From: Candidatus Dormiibacterota bacterium
GTDB taxonomy: Bacteria > Chloroflexota > Dormibacteria > Aeolococcales > Bog-877
DNA: 64,000 nucleotides
Assembly: GCA_027313505.1 (NCBI GenBank)
Contig: DAHVDN010000011.1
Location: forward strand, 2,131-66,130
Direction: 5' to 3'
Positions 26,965 through 36,454 of the stretch are shown here, in pieces. Numbering within the stretch: position 1 is the stretch's first letter; every line of letters starts with the position of its first letter. Position numbers and translations under genes: made by a program. The notes beneath the pieces were generated by a model. That model saw only the letters and a list, made by a program, of their open reading frames with translations, was not told the origin of the DNA and did not search any database.

Positions 26965-27990
26965 TCAGCCTGTAGGGGAGGGCGAGCTGGCAATGTACCG
27001 CAGCGGCGCGCAGGCGTCGGTTGCCGCCGCGCACATCACAAACGCCGTGGTCGGGGCCCTATCCGACACCTGCAGCACCAGGACCGGGACCGCGTACCCG
27101 GCGCTGTCGACGACGGCCAGGTCCAGGGCTGTCAGGGTCGCCTGTGTAGTCGGCGTGGCGGTGCGGTTGACAGGCGGGGGAAAGGGCTGGTCGTTGCTCG
27201 AAAGCCAGTAGGAGTTGGGATTGAGCAGGCCGTTGTTGAGATCTGTAATCAGGTCTACGAGGGAGATGGCCGGGTACTTGTAAGGTGCCGACTGGAGCGG
27301 AAGGGGCACCGCCCCCGCCAGCCCGACAAGGGCCAGCTGGTTCCTGTAGTTGGCAGCCACATCGGCGTAGATCAATTCGGGCTGTCCGGTGATGTCCACA
27401 ACCGGGTACCCGTCCTGCGACCACTGGAAGTAGACCCTGCGGTCCGCGGCGTGGGCTTGGGTCAAGCCCGGCTCAGGAATGACCCCTGAGTGGGGCCCGA
27501 GCAGCCGATGGCCGGCCAAAAACTGCTCCACGAAGGCATCAGCCGCCGCCACCGAAGGGGTTGCCCCGGTTTCGCTGACCGGAGTGTTGGGGTGGAAGTT
27601 GAAGCCCAGGAGATCGGCGGTGGTGGTCAACTGGTAACCGGTCGATGCGCCCAGGTTGTAGGCCAACCCGGCACCGGTGTTGATCGGGGGCCCGGGAACC
27701 CCCAGCTGCGCCGCCAGGTAGTTGACAGCGGTGAGGGGCGCCGCCGGCACTCGGGCGGCCAGAACGGTACGGGGAAGCGATGGCAGACCCGCTCCAGCGG
27801 CGTAGGGGCCGGTCATCCCGAGGGGCGAGGCTGTCACCCCTCCGAGCGGCAGCACCCCCAGGGTTAGCGGGAGAGGAGTGGCTGTGGGTTTGGGAGACGG
27901 CGAAGGTACCGTGGTTCTCCCGCACCCGACCAGGAGAAGGCCAAACAGAAGCACGAAGACCGTCCTGGTCGGTCGGGTTCGATAGCTCAC
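26965..27990 (-). CDS. hypothetical secreted lipoprotein
   Basis: GTG at 27990 gives VSYRTRPTRTVFVLLFGLLLVGCG... (signal peptide plus lipobox), then a Pro/Thr linker and a roughly 280-aa domain I do not recognise. The upstream 81 aa in the track overlap folC and look non-coding. Confidence 0.6.
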   Translation of the reverse strand: MSYRTRPTRTVFVLLFGLLLVGCGRTTVPSPSPKPTATPLPLTLGVLPLGGVTASPLGMTGPYAAGAGLPSLPRTVLAARVPAAPLTAVNYLAAQLGVPGPPINTGAGLAYNLGASTGYQLTTTADLLGFNFHPNTPVSETGATPSVAAADAFVEQFLAGHRLLGPHSGVIPEPGLTQAHAADRRVYFQWSQDGYPVVDITGQPELIYADVAANYRNQLALVGLAGAVPLPLQSAPYKYPAISLVDLITDLNNGLLNPNSYWLSSNDQPFPPPVNRTATPTTQATLTALDLAVVDSAGYAVPVLVLQVSDRAPTTAFVMCAAATDACAPLRYIASSPSPTG

Positions 27991-27999
27991 TCGTTCAGA

Positions 28000-29331
28000 A
28001 TGCCACGTGTGAGCTATCAGGAGTCCTTGGAAAGGCTGGCGACGGCAAGTAACCGCGGCATGAGGCTGGGTCTCGAGACCACCCGCTCGCTCCTTGCTGC
28101 CCTGGATAACCCGGAGCGGTCCCTGAGGGGGGTCCTGGTGGCGGGCACCAACGGGAAGGGCTCGGTCTGCGCGATGGTGGCGGAGATCGCCGAGCAGGCC
28201 GGGTACCGGGTCGCGCTGCTCACCAAGCCCCACCTCACCAGCTATCGAGAGCGAATCCGACTGGACCGGGAACCGGTCTCAGAGGAGCTCTTTGAAGAGT
28301 TGGTAGATGCCGTTCTCGCGGCGGAACAGCGAATGAACCGCGCCTCCGGACTACCGACCCACCACGAGTTGCTCACCGCAATGGGCTTCCTGGCTGCCAG
28401 GGAGCACAACGCGGAGCTGACCGTCTGCGAGGTCGGGCTGGGCGGGCGCCTTGACGCCACCAATGTCTGGGATGGCGGGGTGGCGGTGGTGACCTCGATA
28501 GGGCTGGACCATCAAGCGCAGCTGGGGAACACGGTGGCGGCGATCGCCGGGGAGAAGGCGGCGATCATAAAGCCGGGCGACCTGGCTGTCTCGGGCGCTT
28601 CCGGCGACGCCATCCCGGTCGTGCGTCGAGCGGCCGAGCTCGCGGGCGCTCGCCTTTGGCAGATGGGAGAAGAGTTCCGCTGGTCGGCTTCCGTTCTCGA
28701 GCCCTCGCAGCTCCCATCGGCCTTCGTGGCCACCCCGAGGAGGGAGCTGAAGGAGCTGCGCCTGGGGTTGGGAGGAGCCGTCCAGATGGCCAACGCTGCG
28801 GTCTCGGTAGCGGTGTCAGACTGCCTTTCCGATACCGGGTTTCCAATTCCCGACTCCGCTATCAGATCCGGCCTTGCAAAGGTGCGCTGGCCCGGAAGGA
28901 TGGAGTCTCTTGGTGGGCACCCCGAGGTAATCGTCGACTCCGCACACAATCCCCATGCGATTGCGGCCATCCTGCCGGATCTCAGAACGGCTGTCTCCGG
29001 TAGGCGCACCGTGCTGGTGTTCGGCTCCATGGCCGATCACGACCACAGGGGGATGCTCGATCTTCTGTCTCAGCTCCGCTTCTCGGCGGCAATCTTCACC
29101 CGGTCTCAGGCAACCCGCGCGGTGGAGGCCGAGGCTCTCGCCGCGGAATGGCCCGGCACAAGTCGGGTGTTGACACCGGTAGGCCTCGCTCTGGAGAAGG
29201 CGCGGCTTGCGGCCGGAGAGGGTGGACTGGTTCTGGCTGTTGGGTCCATCTATCTGGTGGGGGAGGTGATGTCGAGCTTGGGGCATGGCCTGCCCCGAGA
29301 TCCTGAGGTGTCAATCCAACCGCTCTGGTGA
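28000..29331 (+). CDS. folC: bifunctional folylpolyglutamate synthase / dihydrofolate synthase
   Basis: Mur-ligase P-loop VAGTNGKGSV, plus the GLDH and DSAHNP motifs. Confidence 0.9.
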   Translation: MPRVSYQESLERLATASNRGMRLGLETTRSLLAALDNPERSLRGVLVAGTNGKGSVCAMVAEIAEQAGYRVALLTKPHLTSYRERIRLDREPVSEELFEELVDAVLAAEQRMNRASGLPTHHELLTAMGFLAAREHNAELTVCEVGLGGRLDATNVWDGGVAVVTSIGLDHQAQLGNTVAAIAGEKAAIIKPGDLAVSGASGDAIPVVRRAAELAGARLWQMGEEFRWSASVLEPSQLPSAFVATPRRELKELRLGLGGAVQMANAAVSVAVSDCLSDTGFPIPDSAIRSGLAKVRWPGRMESLGGHPEVIVDSAHNPHAIAAILPDLRTAVSGRRTVLVFGSMADHDHRGMLDLLSQLRFSAAIFTRSQATRAVEAEALAAEWPGTSRVLTPVGLALEKARLAAGEGGLVLAVGSIYLVGEVMSSLGHGLPRDPEVSIQPLW

Positions 29332-29481
29332 GATCAAACTGGATCCGGACTCGCCTTGGCCGCCGGCTGCCTCAGGCCAGAGACCGTTAGCTGGTGATCC
29401 CTGATATCGGGCCGAGACAGATGTCGCCATCTAGTTCCTATTGCGATTCGATGGCAATAGTGGGATACACTCCGCGGAGGG

Positions 29482-30999
29482 TTGGTGCAGAGGTCCAGGA
29501 AGGAGACCGCGAGGTTGAGTGAGGTTAATCTGGTGGCCCCACCACTCGATGCGAAGGGTTCGGGCGATAAGCCCTTGGCTCAGCTGTTTCACCTGACCGA
29601 TCTGGTGCCGCTCTCGGTCTCTAGCGTCGGGCCCCTCTTCTCGGTCGCTGCGACCGGCGGGGTGATGGCAGCAGATGCCGGGTGGTGGACGCTCCCGGCC
29701 ATCGCTGTCCTGGCGCTCCCATTCCTGGTCTCCAGCTTCGTCTTTCGCCTGTTGAACCAGCACTTCCCGCACTCCGGTGCCTCCTACCATTGGTCAGCAC
29801 GAGTCATCGGCCGGACCGCGTCCCGCTACCAGGCCTGGATCCTCATCCTGGCCTACTTCACCTCCATACCGCCGATTGCCATCCCTGCGGGGAGCTACAC
29901 GCTGGCCCTGATCGCGCCCCACTACCAGGCGCCCCCCATCGTCCATCTCGGGGTGACCTTGTTCTGGATTCTCTTCGCGGCGGTGCCCCTGCTTCTTGGT
30001 GGCCGCCCCACCGCCCGGATCACCCAGGCGTTCTTCCTCCTGGAGATGATCTCCCTGGCCGCCTTCGGGGTCCTTGGGGTCCTGAACTGGCATCGGATCA
30101 GCGTCCCGATCCACTTTGGTCCTCCACCGATCGGAGGGATCCTCATCGTCGCTGTCGTGGCAGCCACAATCCTCGACGGGTGGGAGATCGACAGCTACGC
30201 GGCCGAGGAGTCGATGAGGCCAAGGGCCGACCCGGGGGTCGGCGGCATCATCGGAGCCATCGGGGCGCTCGTATTCTACGCAGTCCTCTACCCGCTGATG
30301 CTGGGCGAGACCCCGCTGCACCAGCTGGCGAATGCGACCAACCCGCTCGCGATGTGGTCGGCTAGACTGATTCCGGGGGCGCCTTGGGTGATGCTCATTC
30401 CCATCCTGGCCTCCACCGCTGGGGGGCTGTGGCTCACCACCTACATCCTCACCAGGGCCCTCTACGCCATGGGACGCGAGAAGCTGATCCCTTCGGTGTT
30501 CTCCAGGTTGAACCGGCGCCAGGTTCCGCATGTGGCCATTCTCGCCAGCCTGGGGTCAGCGCTTGTGGTCGTGGCGCTGCAGGTGTTTGTCACCTCGCTC
30601 GGGGCATTCTTCAACCTCGTCCTGTCGGCCGCCGGATTCTTCCTGCTGGCGGAGTTCTTTTTGGACTCGGTCACTGCCAGCGTGTTTCTCACCGTCGGGC
30701 ACCGGCGCCTGCCCGAGGTCGGCCTCAATCCGCATGCCCATCGGCTACTCCGAGCGGGAGCCCTGTTTTCGACCTTGGTCATGGGAGCCCTTCTCGTCGG
30801 CTTTTTCATATACGGCCCAAAGGCGATCGGAGGTGGCATCGACCAGACCATCGCCGTATTGCTGGTCCTCGGGATAGCCTTCGCGTGGTGGACCAAGCGA
30901 CGGACTACCGGCACCATAGTCTTCAGGGGTGGCGACGTGGACTCGCGTGGTGACGCCGTCCCTGGGTCAGTGGATCCCCAGATCTTGATCGGTCGCTGA
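29482..30999 (+). CDS. APC superfamily amino acid permease
   Basis: 505 aa with about 12 TM helices and N-terminal LSVSSVGPLFSVAATGG (APC-type TM1 signature). The exact start is uncertain (TTG 29482, GTG 29485). Confidence 0.8.
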   Translation: MVQRSRKETARLSEVNLVAPPLDAKGSGDKPLAQLFHLTDLVPLSVSSVGPLFSVAATGGVMAADAGWWTLPAIAVLALPFLVSSFVFRLLNQHFPHSGASYHWSARVIGRTASRYQAWILILAYFTSIPPIAIPAGSYTLALIAPHYQAPPIVHLGVTLFWILFAAVPLLLGGRPTARITQAFFLLEMISLAAFGVLGVLNWHRISVPIHFGPPPIGGILIVAVVAATILDGWEIDSYAAEESMRPRADPGVGGIIGAIGALVFYAVLYPLMLGETPLHQLANATNPLAMWSARLIPGAPWVMLIPILASTAGGLWLTTYILTRALYAMGREKLIPSVFSRLNRRQVPHVAILASLGSALVVVALQVFVTSLGAFFNLVLSAAGFFLLAEFFLDSVTASVFLTVGHRRLPEVGLNPHAHRLLRAGALFSTLVMGALLVGFFIYGPKAIGGGIDQTIAVLLVLGIAFAWWTKRRTTGTIVFRGGDVDSRGDAVPGSVDPQILIGR

Positions 31000-31010
31000 T
31001 CCCACGGCGT

Positions 31011-31037
31011 GTTGGGGCCGCCAGGGCTGGCCCCAAC
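31011..31037. terminator. 9-bp perfect GC-rich hairpin between convergent genes (candidate bidirectional terminator)
   Basis: GTTGGGGCC-gccagggct-GGCCCCAAC lies between the APC permease stop (30999) and the aldolase stop (31054). There is no U-tract on either side. Confidence 0.45.
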
Positions 31038-31053
31038 AACGGCCGTAAGGTCC

Positions 31054-31719
31054 TCAGACGGGTGTCGAAACCGCCTGCTTTACTCCCGCAGCACTCAGCG
31101 CCTGCTGGCAGAGTTCGGCTATCGCACCCCACGCATGCTGGGTCATGAGCTCGGGTCGGAACAGATCATTGGTCAGCCCGACCACCTCGGCCCCAGCCTT
31201 CAGGTATGCGGCAACTTCCAGAATCCCCACCCCACCGCTGACCCACAACGGCACATCCGGCATCGGTCCGCGCACCGCCTGGATGTAGGCGGGGCCTCCA
31301 ATGGGGGCTGCGGGAAAGACCTTGACCAGGTCCGCTCCAGCGGCGACCGCCTGAGCGATCTCAGTGGGGGTCGTGGCCCCCATGACCAACAGCAAGCCCG
31401 CCTCCCGAGCGATCTCGGCCACTTCCGGCACCAGATAAGGGGTCACCAGGTACTGGGCCCCGCTTTCTACGGCCATCTTGGCCAGGGAGGAGTCGGTGAT
31501 GGTTCCGGCTCCCACCACGCTGCTGTCTCCGACCTCCCGACGCAGGCGGGAGATCAGCTCGAATGCCTGGGGTGTACCCGAGGTGATCTCCACCGAACCG
31601 ACCCCTGCGCGGGCCGCGGTGAGCACCGCCTGATAGGCCTCATCGGCATCCTTCCACCGGATCACGGCCGCCAGATGGTTGGGAAAGAGGCTGGTCACCT
31701 GCTCTGAGCTTTTGGCCAT
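31054..31719 (-). CDS. eda: 2-dehydro-3-deoxyphosphogluconate / 4-hydroxy-2-oxoglutarate aldolase
   Basis: 221 aa. Class I aldolase strings GVGSVEITSGTP and VGAGTI, plus the Schiff-base Lys context DLVKVFPA. Confidence 0.85.
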   Translation of the reverse strand: MAKSSEQVTSLFPNHLAAVIRWKDADEAYQAVLTAARAGVGSVEITSGTPQAFELISRLRREVGDSSVVGAGTITDSSLAKMAVESGAQYLVTPYLVPEVAEIAREAGLLLVMGATTPTEIAQAVAAGADLVKVFPAAPIGGPAYIQAVRGPMPDVPLWVSGGVGILEVAAYLKAGAEVVGLTNDLFRPELMTQHAWGAIAELCQQALSAAGVKQAVSTPV

Positions 31720-31792
31720 TAAACGTCACTCCTCACTTGGTCTGCTACCGAAAGTCCGGTCTGGTCATTGTCTACTGCATTCCCTCGGAAGG

Positions 31793-33343
31793 TCAGAGCT
31801 TCTCGGCGACGCTCTGTCCCTGGAGGAAGAAGAGCAGGTAGTCAGGGCCGCCCGCTTTGGTGTCCGTGCCACTCATGTTGAATCCGCCGAATGGATGGAC
31901 TCCCATCATGGCCCCAGTCGAGCGCCGATTGATGTACAGGTTGCCGACGTGAAGCTGGTCCTTGGCGTTGGCGATCCGCTCCGGGGCACGGCTGAAGTAA
32001 GAGCCGGTCAGGCCGTAATCCGTGCTGTTGGCGATCCGGATACCGTCTTCAAAGTCCCGGGCACGGATCGCCGCCAGGACCGGACCGAAGATTTCCTCGG
32101 TCGCGATACGGGCCTGCGCGGCCACCCCTCCGAACACCGTCGGCTCGATGAAGTGCCCTTCACCCACCCGCCTTCCACCTCCAAGCAGGAGGTCTCCCTC
32201 GCCCCGACCCACCTGTATGTAATCGAGGATCTTCTCTTCCGCGTCACCGTCGATCACCGGGCCCAGGCTCACCTGCGAGTCGACCGGGTCCCCGACCCGG
32301 ATCGCCTTGGTCAGCTCCAGCACCCTGGGCAGAAGCTCGTCATAGACAGAGGAGACGATGACCGCTCGGGAGCCGGCGGAGCACTTCTGTCCCTGGAAGC
32401 CGAAGGCGGATCGGGTGATCTCCAGGGCGGCCAGATCAAGGTCAGCGGTCTCATCCACCACCACCGCGTTCTTTCCCCCCATCTCCAGCTGGACCCTCTT
32501 CAACCAGCGCTGCCCTCGATGCACCACAGCGGCTCGCTCGTAAATGCGAACACCCACCTCCCGAGATCCGGTGAAGGCCACAAAGCGGATTTGCGGGTGG
32601 TCGACGAGCGCCTCCCCGGCGACCTCCCCCCTGCCACTCAGCAGGTTCAGAACCCCTGGTGGAAGTCCGACCTCGGTGAGAAGGTCCATGAGCCAGGCCG
32701 CGGTCGTGCTGGCGGTTTCGGCCGGCTTGAGCACAACGCAGTTTCCGGAGACCAGCGCAGCTGACGTCATTCCCGTGGTCAGGGCCAACGGGAAGTTCCA
32801 GGGGGAGATGACCGCTCCAACACCAAGTGGGAGATAGCGAAATTGGGTAGCCTCCCCCGGCCAGGGGACCATCTTGTCCCTCGACTCCAGCTCTAGGGCC
32901 TGGCGCGCGTACCACTCCATCAGATCGACCGCCTCGGCCGCCTCTCCATCCGCCTCGTCCCACGGTTTGCCTACCTCGTAGACCATCAGCGCCCCGAGTT
33001 CGTGGCGGCGGCTGCGGATGAGCTGAGCGGCCCTCAAGAGCAGCAGTGCCCGCTCGGCGACCGGGGTGCGCGACCACGATCGAAAGGCCGCCCACCCAGC
33101 AGCTACCGCCTGTTCCACGTGGGTCGCGTCGGCCACCGCATGCCTGCCCACGACCTGATCAGGATGCGCGGGATTACAGGACCGGATCTCGTCTCTGGTA
33201 TCGACCAGCTCCCCGCCGATCACCAGGGGATATCGCCGTCCCAACCTTGCGGCTACCCGCTGGAGAGCGCCTTCGAAGTCGCGGCGAGAGTTCGGATCTG
33301 CAAAATCAAGTGTGGGCTCGCTCCGGAAGGGAGGGATGATCAT
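31793..33343 (-). CDS. pruA: L-glutamate gamma-semialdehyde (1-pyrroline-5-carboxylate) dehydrogenase
   Basis: 516 aa ALDH fold. Catalytic Cys context FGFQGQKCSAGSR and ELGGKN-type motif LEMGGKNAVVV, typical of stand-alone P5CDH. Confidence 0.88.
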   Translation of the reverse strand: MIIPPFRSEPTLDFADPNSRRDFEGALQRVAARLGRRYPLVIGGELVDTRDEIRSCNPAHPDQVVGRHAVADATHVEQAVAAGWAAFRSWSRTPVAERALLLLRAAQLIRSRRHELGALMVYEVGKPWDEADGEAAEAVDLMEWYARQALELESRDKMVPWPGEATQFRYLPLGVGAVISPWNFPLALTTGMTSAALVSGNCVVLKPAETASTTAAWLMDLLTEVGLPPGVLNLLSGRGEVAGEALVDHPQIRFVAFTGSREVGVRIYERAAVVHRGQRWLKRVQLEMGGKNAVVVDETADLDLAALEITRSAFGFQGQKCSAGSRAVIVSSVYDELLPRVLELTKAIRVGDPVDSQVSLGPVIDGDAEEKILDYIQVGRGEGDLLLGGGRRVGEGHFIEPTVFGGVAAQARIATEEIFGPVLAAIRARDFEDGIRIANSTDYGLTGSYFSRAPERIANAKDQLHVGNLYINRRSTGAMMGVHPFGGFNMSGTDTKAGGPDYLLFFLQGQSVAEKL

Positions 33344-33413
33344 GGTCTCTGCTCCTGACTTTTAAATTCGAACAGGCTCGCGCAACCGAACTGAGCCGCG
33401 CTGGGGCGGCGGC

Positions 33414-34343
33414 TCACCGACGAACCATGTTGCGCGCCAGAAAGAGTACATTTGCCGGTCGCTCCGCCAGCCGTCGCATGAAGAACGGATACCAATGGGT
33501 GCCGTAGGAGGTGGCAACCAGGACGGTGTAGCCGCCAGCAAGCAGTTCCCGCTGCAACTGTGGGCGCACACCGTAGAGCATCTGGAACTCGAACCGGTCA
33601 AGACCGATGCGGTTACGCTCAACGAACCCGATGGCATGCTCGATCATGCGCCGGTCGTGGGTGGCGATGGCGGTGTATCCGTCACCCGAAAGCGCCGCCT
33701 CCATCAGCCTGACGTAGTTGCTGTCGACGTCCACTTTGCTCGGGTACGCAACTTCCCGGCTCTCCAGGTACGCCCCCTTCACCAAACGAAGGTTGGGACG
33801 CAGGGGAAGCAGGGAGTTCAGGTCGGCGACCGCCCGGTACAGGTACGACTGCAGCACAACCCCGACATTGTCGAAGCCATCCTCCCGAAGTCGGCGGTAG
33901 ATGCGGAGGGTCGGATCTACTCGAGTGGACTCTTCCATGTCGATCCGCATGAACATTCCGAGACCCCGGGCCACCTCCAGCAGGTGGGCCATGTTGCGAA
34001 GGGCCAGCCCCTCATCAATCGCTAGCCCCAACAGAGTCAGCTTGATGGCCACATTGGCGTTGAGGTTTTCCGAAGCCAGTCGGCGAAGTAGCTCCTCGTA
34101 ATCCTGCACGGCTCCGTGCGCATCCGCCTCGGTGTCCACGGCTTCACCGAGCTCAGTGGCATTGCACTTGAAACCCTGACGGTTCAGCTGCTGGATCACC
34201 TGGACGCACTCGCTGAGGGTCTCGCCCGCCACAAATCTGGAGGCTCCAAGGCGCATGCCGTAGCGGTTCATGAAGCCTTCGGTGACCCGGTTCTGACTGG
34301 CCGCCAGGATGGCCGTGCGGGCGACGGAGTTGATGGATGGCAA
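33414..34343 (-). CDS. proline dehydrogenase (monofunctional)
   Basis: 309 aa. PRODH barrel strings IKLTLLG, MRIDMEES, VVLQSYLYR, RLVKGAY. TTG start 9 nt after AGGAGGAGG. Confidence 0.85.
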   Translation of the reverse strand: MPSINSVARTAILAASQNRVTEGFMNRYGMRLGASRFVAGETLSECVQVIQQLNRQGFKCNATELGEAVDTEADAHGAVQDYEELLRRLASENLNANVAIKLTLLGLAIDEGLALRNMAHLLEVARGLGMFMRIDMEESTRVDPTLRIYRRLREDGFDNVGVVLQSYLYRAVADLNSLLPLRPNLRLVKGAYLESREVAYPSKVDVDSNYVRLMEAALSGDGYTAIATHDRRMIEHAIGFVERNRIGLDRFEFQMLYGVRPQLQRELLAGGYTVLVATSYGTHWYPFFMRRLAERPANVLFLARNMVRR

Positions 34344-34575
34344 CGATTGGGGCCTCCTCCTAATTGAAGTAGGCCTCCATCATGCCGCAGCGACGCGTCG
34401 GATGCGGAGCCGCCCTCACTCTGGAGGATGTCGGAGTCAACGCAAGCCTAGAATCTGTGAGCTGTCCCTAGACGCGCAAAGTCGGTTCGAAGTAAAAGGG
34501 TGGCTTACTCAAGCGGCGCCCCCCTGTCCCTTTTTGCCCCGGCGAAGCCGGGGGGAGCGCTACTGGTCCCACCGC

Positions 34576-34914
34576 TCAGTCGGAGAGGCTGCCCTGATTC
34601 GCTTGGCGAAGGATGCTCTCGATGACGTCGTGACCGGGCGGGCGGTGCGGGAGCGTCCGCCGTGAGCTGGTCTTGCGGCGCTCCTGGCGGGGGCTCAGCA
34701 TGTGGACCTCCTGCTTGCGCCACACCCTCTCGATGAGGACACGGATCTCGATGCCGTCCTCAGCCGGGATCTCATGAGCCGCCAGAGAGAGGCGTAGGCG
34801 CTCGGGCAACTCCGGTGCCTCGGTCAGGTTCAGCTGCTCCAGCGCCTCCAAGATGTCGTCCAGGCGACGCAGCATGGCTCTCCGCTCGGCGGCCTCCTCG
34901 GTCATCGCCATCAT
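34576..34914 (-). CDS. hypothetical protein (about 112 aa), probably leaderless
   Basis: GC3 becomes high only from the ATG ATG GCG ATG ACC GAG... run at 34914. The 12 codons upstream in the track ORF are AT-rich at third positions. The product is helical and charged (MMAMTEEAAERRAMLRRLDDILEALEQL...). I recognise no family. Confidence 0.5.
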   Translation of the reverse strand: MMAMTEEAAERRAMLRRLDDILEALEQLNLTEAPELPERLRLSLAAHEIPAEDGIEIRVLIERVWRKQEVHMLSPRQERRKTSSRRTLPHRPPGHDVIESILRQANQGSLSD

Positions 34915-34920
34915 GTGTCG

Positions 34921-34926
34921 ATTATG
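34921..34926 (-). promoter_or_regulatory. candidate -10 box (CATAAT) for a leaderless transcript
   Basis: On the minus strand: CATAAT, then cgacac (6 nt), then ATGATG. There is no SD in between. Confidence 0.4.
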
Positions 34927-35095
34927 TGCCATGGGACATCTGAGGTGCAAAATGCCCTCAGATTCGGTGGCGCTGCACTCCAGCAGTGCATTCTTCTCCT
35001 CTCCCGACTATGGGCGTCCACTCGGCTGTCATCGCGAGGTGGGTACTGCTGCCCCAAGCTAGTTGGAGCCGGCTCGACCGGCGGCCCACAGCGAG

Positions 35096-36454
35096 TCAGC
35101 GCGGACCCTGATCAGAGGTGTTTGCGATTGGAGTTCTGAGCCCTGTCGCCTTGGTGGGCCGGGGTGGCCGGGGCCGCGCCGCGCCGGCCACCGCCGTCCC
35201 AGCAGAGCTCGACGGCTGATCCCAAAGGGAGCCCCCCGGAGGAACCGGTGGAGCCCCCTCTCCCAGAAGGGGCATGGCCGTCGGGTCGCTGAGAACACGC
35301 TCCAGTCCAAGTTCAGCAGCTCCCACCAGAACTGCGCTGCGGCCGAACTTGGGCCGAAGCAGCACCACTCCTTCGGGGTGGGAGTGGTGAGAGCTCTTTC
35401 CCAGCTCCTCCAACAGAGTCGGATGGGCCAGTGCCAAGATCTCCTCGAAGAATCCGCCCAAGATCACCATCTCCGGGTCAAGGGTGCTGACCATGTTGAC
35501 CAGTCCGACGCTGATCCAGCGCGCCGTGGAGTGGACTGCGCCGAGGCAGATGGGGTCTCCCTGCCGGGCGCGCTTCAGCACCAGTTCCAGTTTCGCCCGG
35601 CCACCCGGTGGGAGTCCGGCGCGCCGGACCAGGGCGTCCTCTCCAACCTCGGTTTCCCAGCAACCTCGCGATCCGCAGTGGCATTCCAGTCCGGATGGGT
35701 TGACCTGCATATGTCCGACCTCGCCCGCATAACCCCAGACTCCCTCCAGTGTCTTGCCGCCGGTGATGATGCCGCCGCCAACCCCCACCTCGGCGTGCAG
35801 GTAGATAAGGTCGCTGGCTCTGATGCCGACCCCTCTGGAATGCTCAGCCATGGCCCCGAGATTGGCATCGTTGCCGATCCGCACCACCTGTCCCACCCCC
35901 AGCCGCTCCTCCAGAAGTGCGGAGAGCTGAACCTCGCGCCACCCCAGGTTGGGAGCGGAGTGCACGACCCCATCGTGCGGGCTGACCGACCCGGGAACGG
36001 CGACCCCAACCCCCACGATGTCTCCAGGGGACTGATTTAGAACGGCTTTCGAGAGCCTGGTGGCGGTGCGCAACACCTGCTCCACAGTCCTGTCGTCGGT
36101 GTGAGTGATGGCGACCCGCCTGCGCCCGAGCGTCACACCCCCCAGTCCCATCAGGGCGACCTCCACCGAGTCGACCCCCACCTGGATGGCCAGCACGCGG
36201 CAGAGGTCGGGCCGGGTCGCGACCACCTTCGAGGGTCTGCCCCGGGCGGCCCTTTCCATCTCCGGTTGCTCCTGGACCTGTCCTCGACTCACGAGCTCGT
36301 CCACAAGTGCGCCGATTGTGGCCCGATTGAGACCCAGGAGCCTGGTCAACCTCGCCCTGGAGGTGGGTCCATATCGATGTACGTGGCCGAGCAGGGTTGC
36401 CAGGTTGTGCCTCCGCACCGTCTCCTGTGTCGCCCCCCGCTCGGTCCTGGCCAT
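35096..36454 (-). CDS. ROK family transcriptional regulator
   Basis: N-terminal wHTH (VRRHNLATLLGHVHRYGPTSRARLTRLLGLNRATIGALVDEL), ROK sugar-kinase-like core, and a Zn motif (GHMQV...CHCGSRGCWE). Has a roughly 50-aa Pro/Ala-rich C-terminal tail. Confidence 0.85.
   Translation of the reverse strand: MARTERGATQETVRRHNLATLLGHVHRYGPTSRARLTRLLGLNRATIGALVDELVSRGQVQEQPEMERAARGRPSKVVATRPDLCRVLAIQVGVDSVEVALMGLGGVTLGRRRVAITHTDDRTVEQVLRTATRLSKAVLNQSPGDIVGVGVAVPGSVSPHDGVVHSAPNLGWREVQLSALLEERLGVGQVVRIGNDANLGAMAEHSRGVGIRASDLIYLHAEVGVGGGIITGGKTLEGVWGYAGEVGHMQVNPSGLECHCGSRGCWETEVGEDALVRRAGLPPGGRAKLELVLKRARQGDPICLGAVHSTARWISVGLVNMVSTLDPEMVILGGFFEEILALAHPTLLEELGKSSHHSHPEGVVLLRPKFGRSAVLVGAAELGLERVLSDPTAMPLLGEGAPPVPPGGSLWDQPSSSAGTAVAGAARPRPPRPTKATGLRTPIANTSDQGPR

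Noticed and set aside
34484-34491. GGTTCGAA T-loop-like strings (also at 39051-39058) as hints of tRNA genes
   Set aside because: The flanking sequence does not form T-stem, acceptor or anticodon arms, so there is no cloverleaf.
34974-35004. Plus-strand terminator-like hairpin TGCACT-ccagc-AGTGCA followed by TTCTTCTCC
   Set aside because: The stem is only 6 bp (half of it A/T). No plus-strand gene or evident transcript would end here. It is more likely a chance hairpin in the promoter region of the leaderless minus-strand gene.
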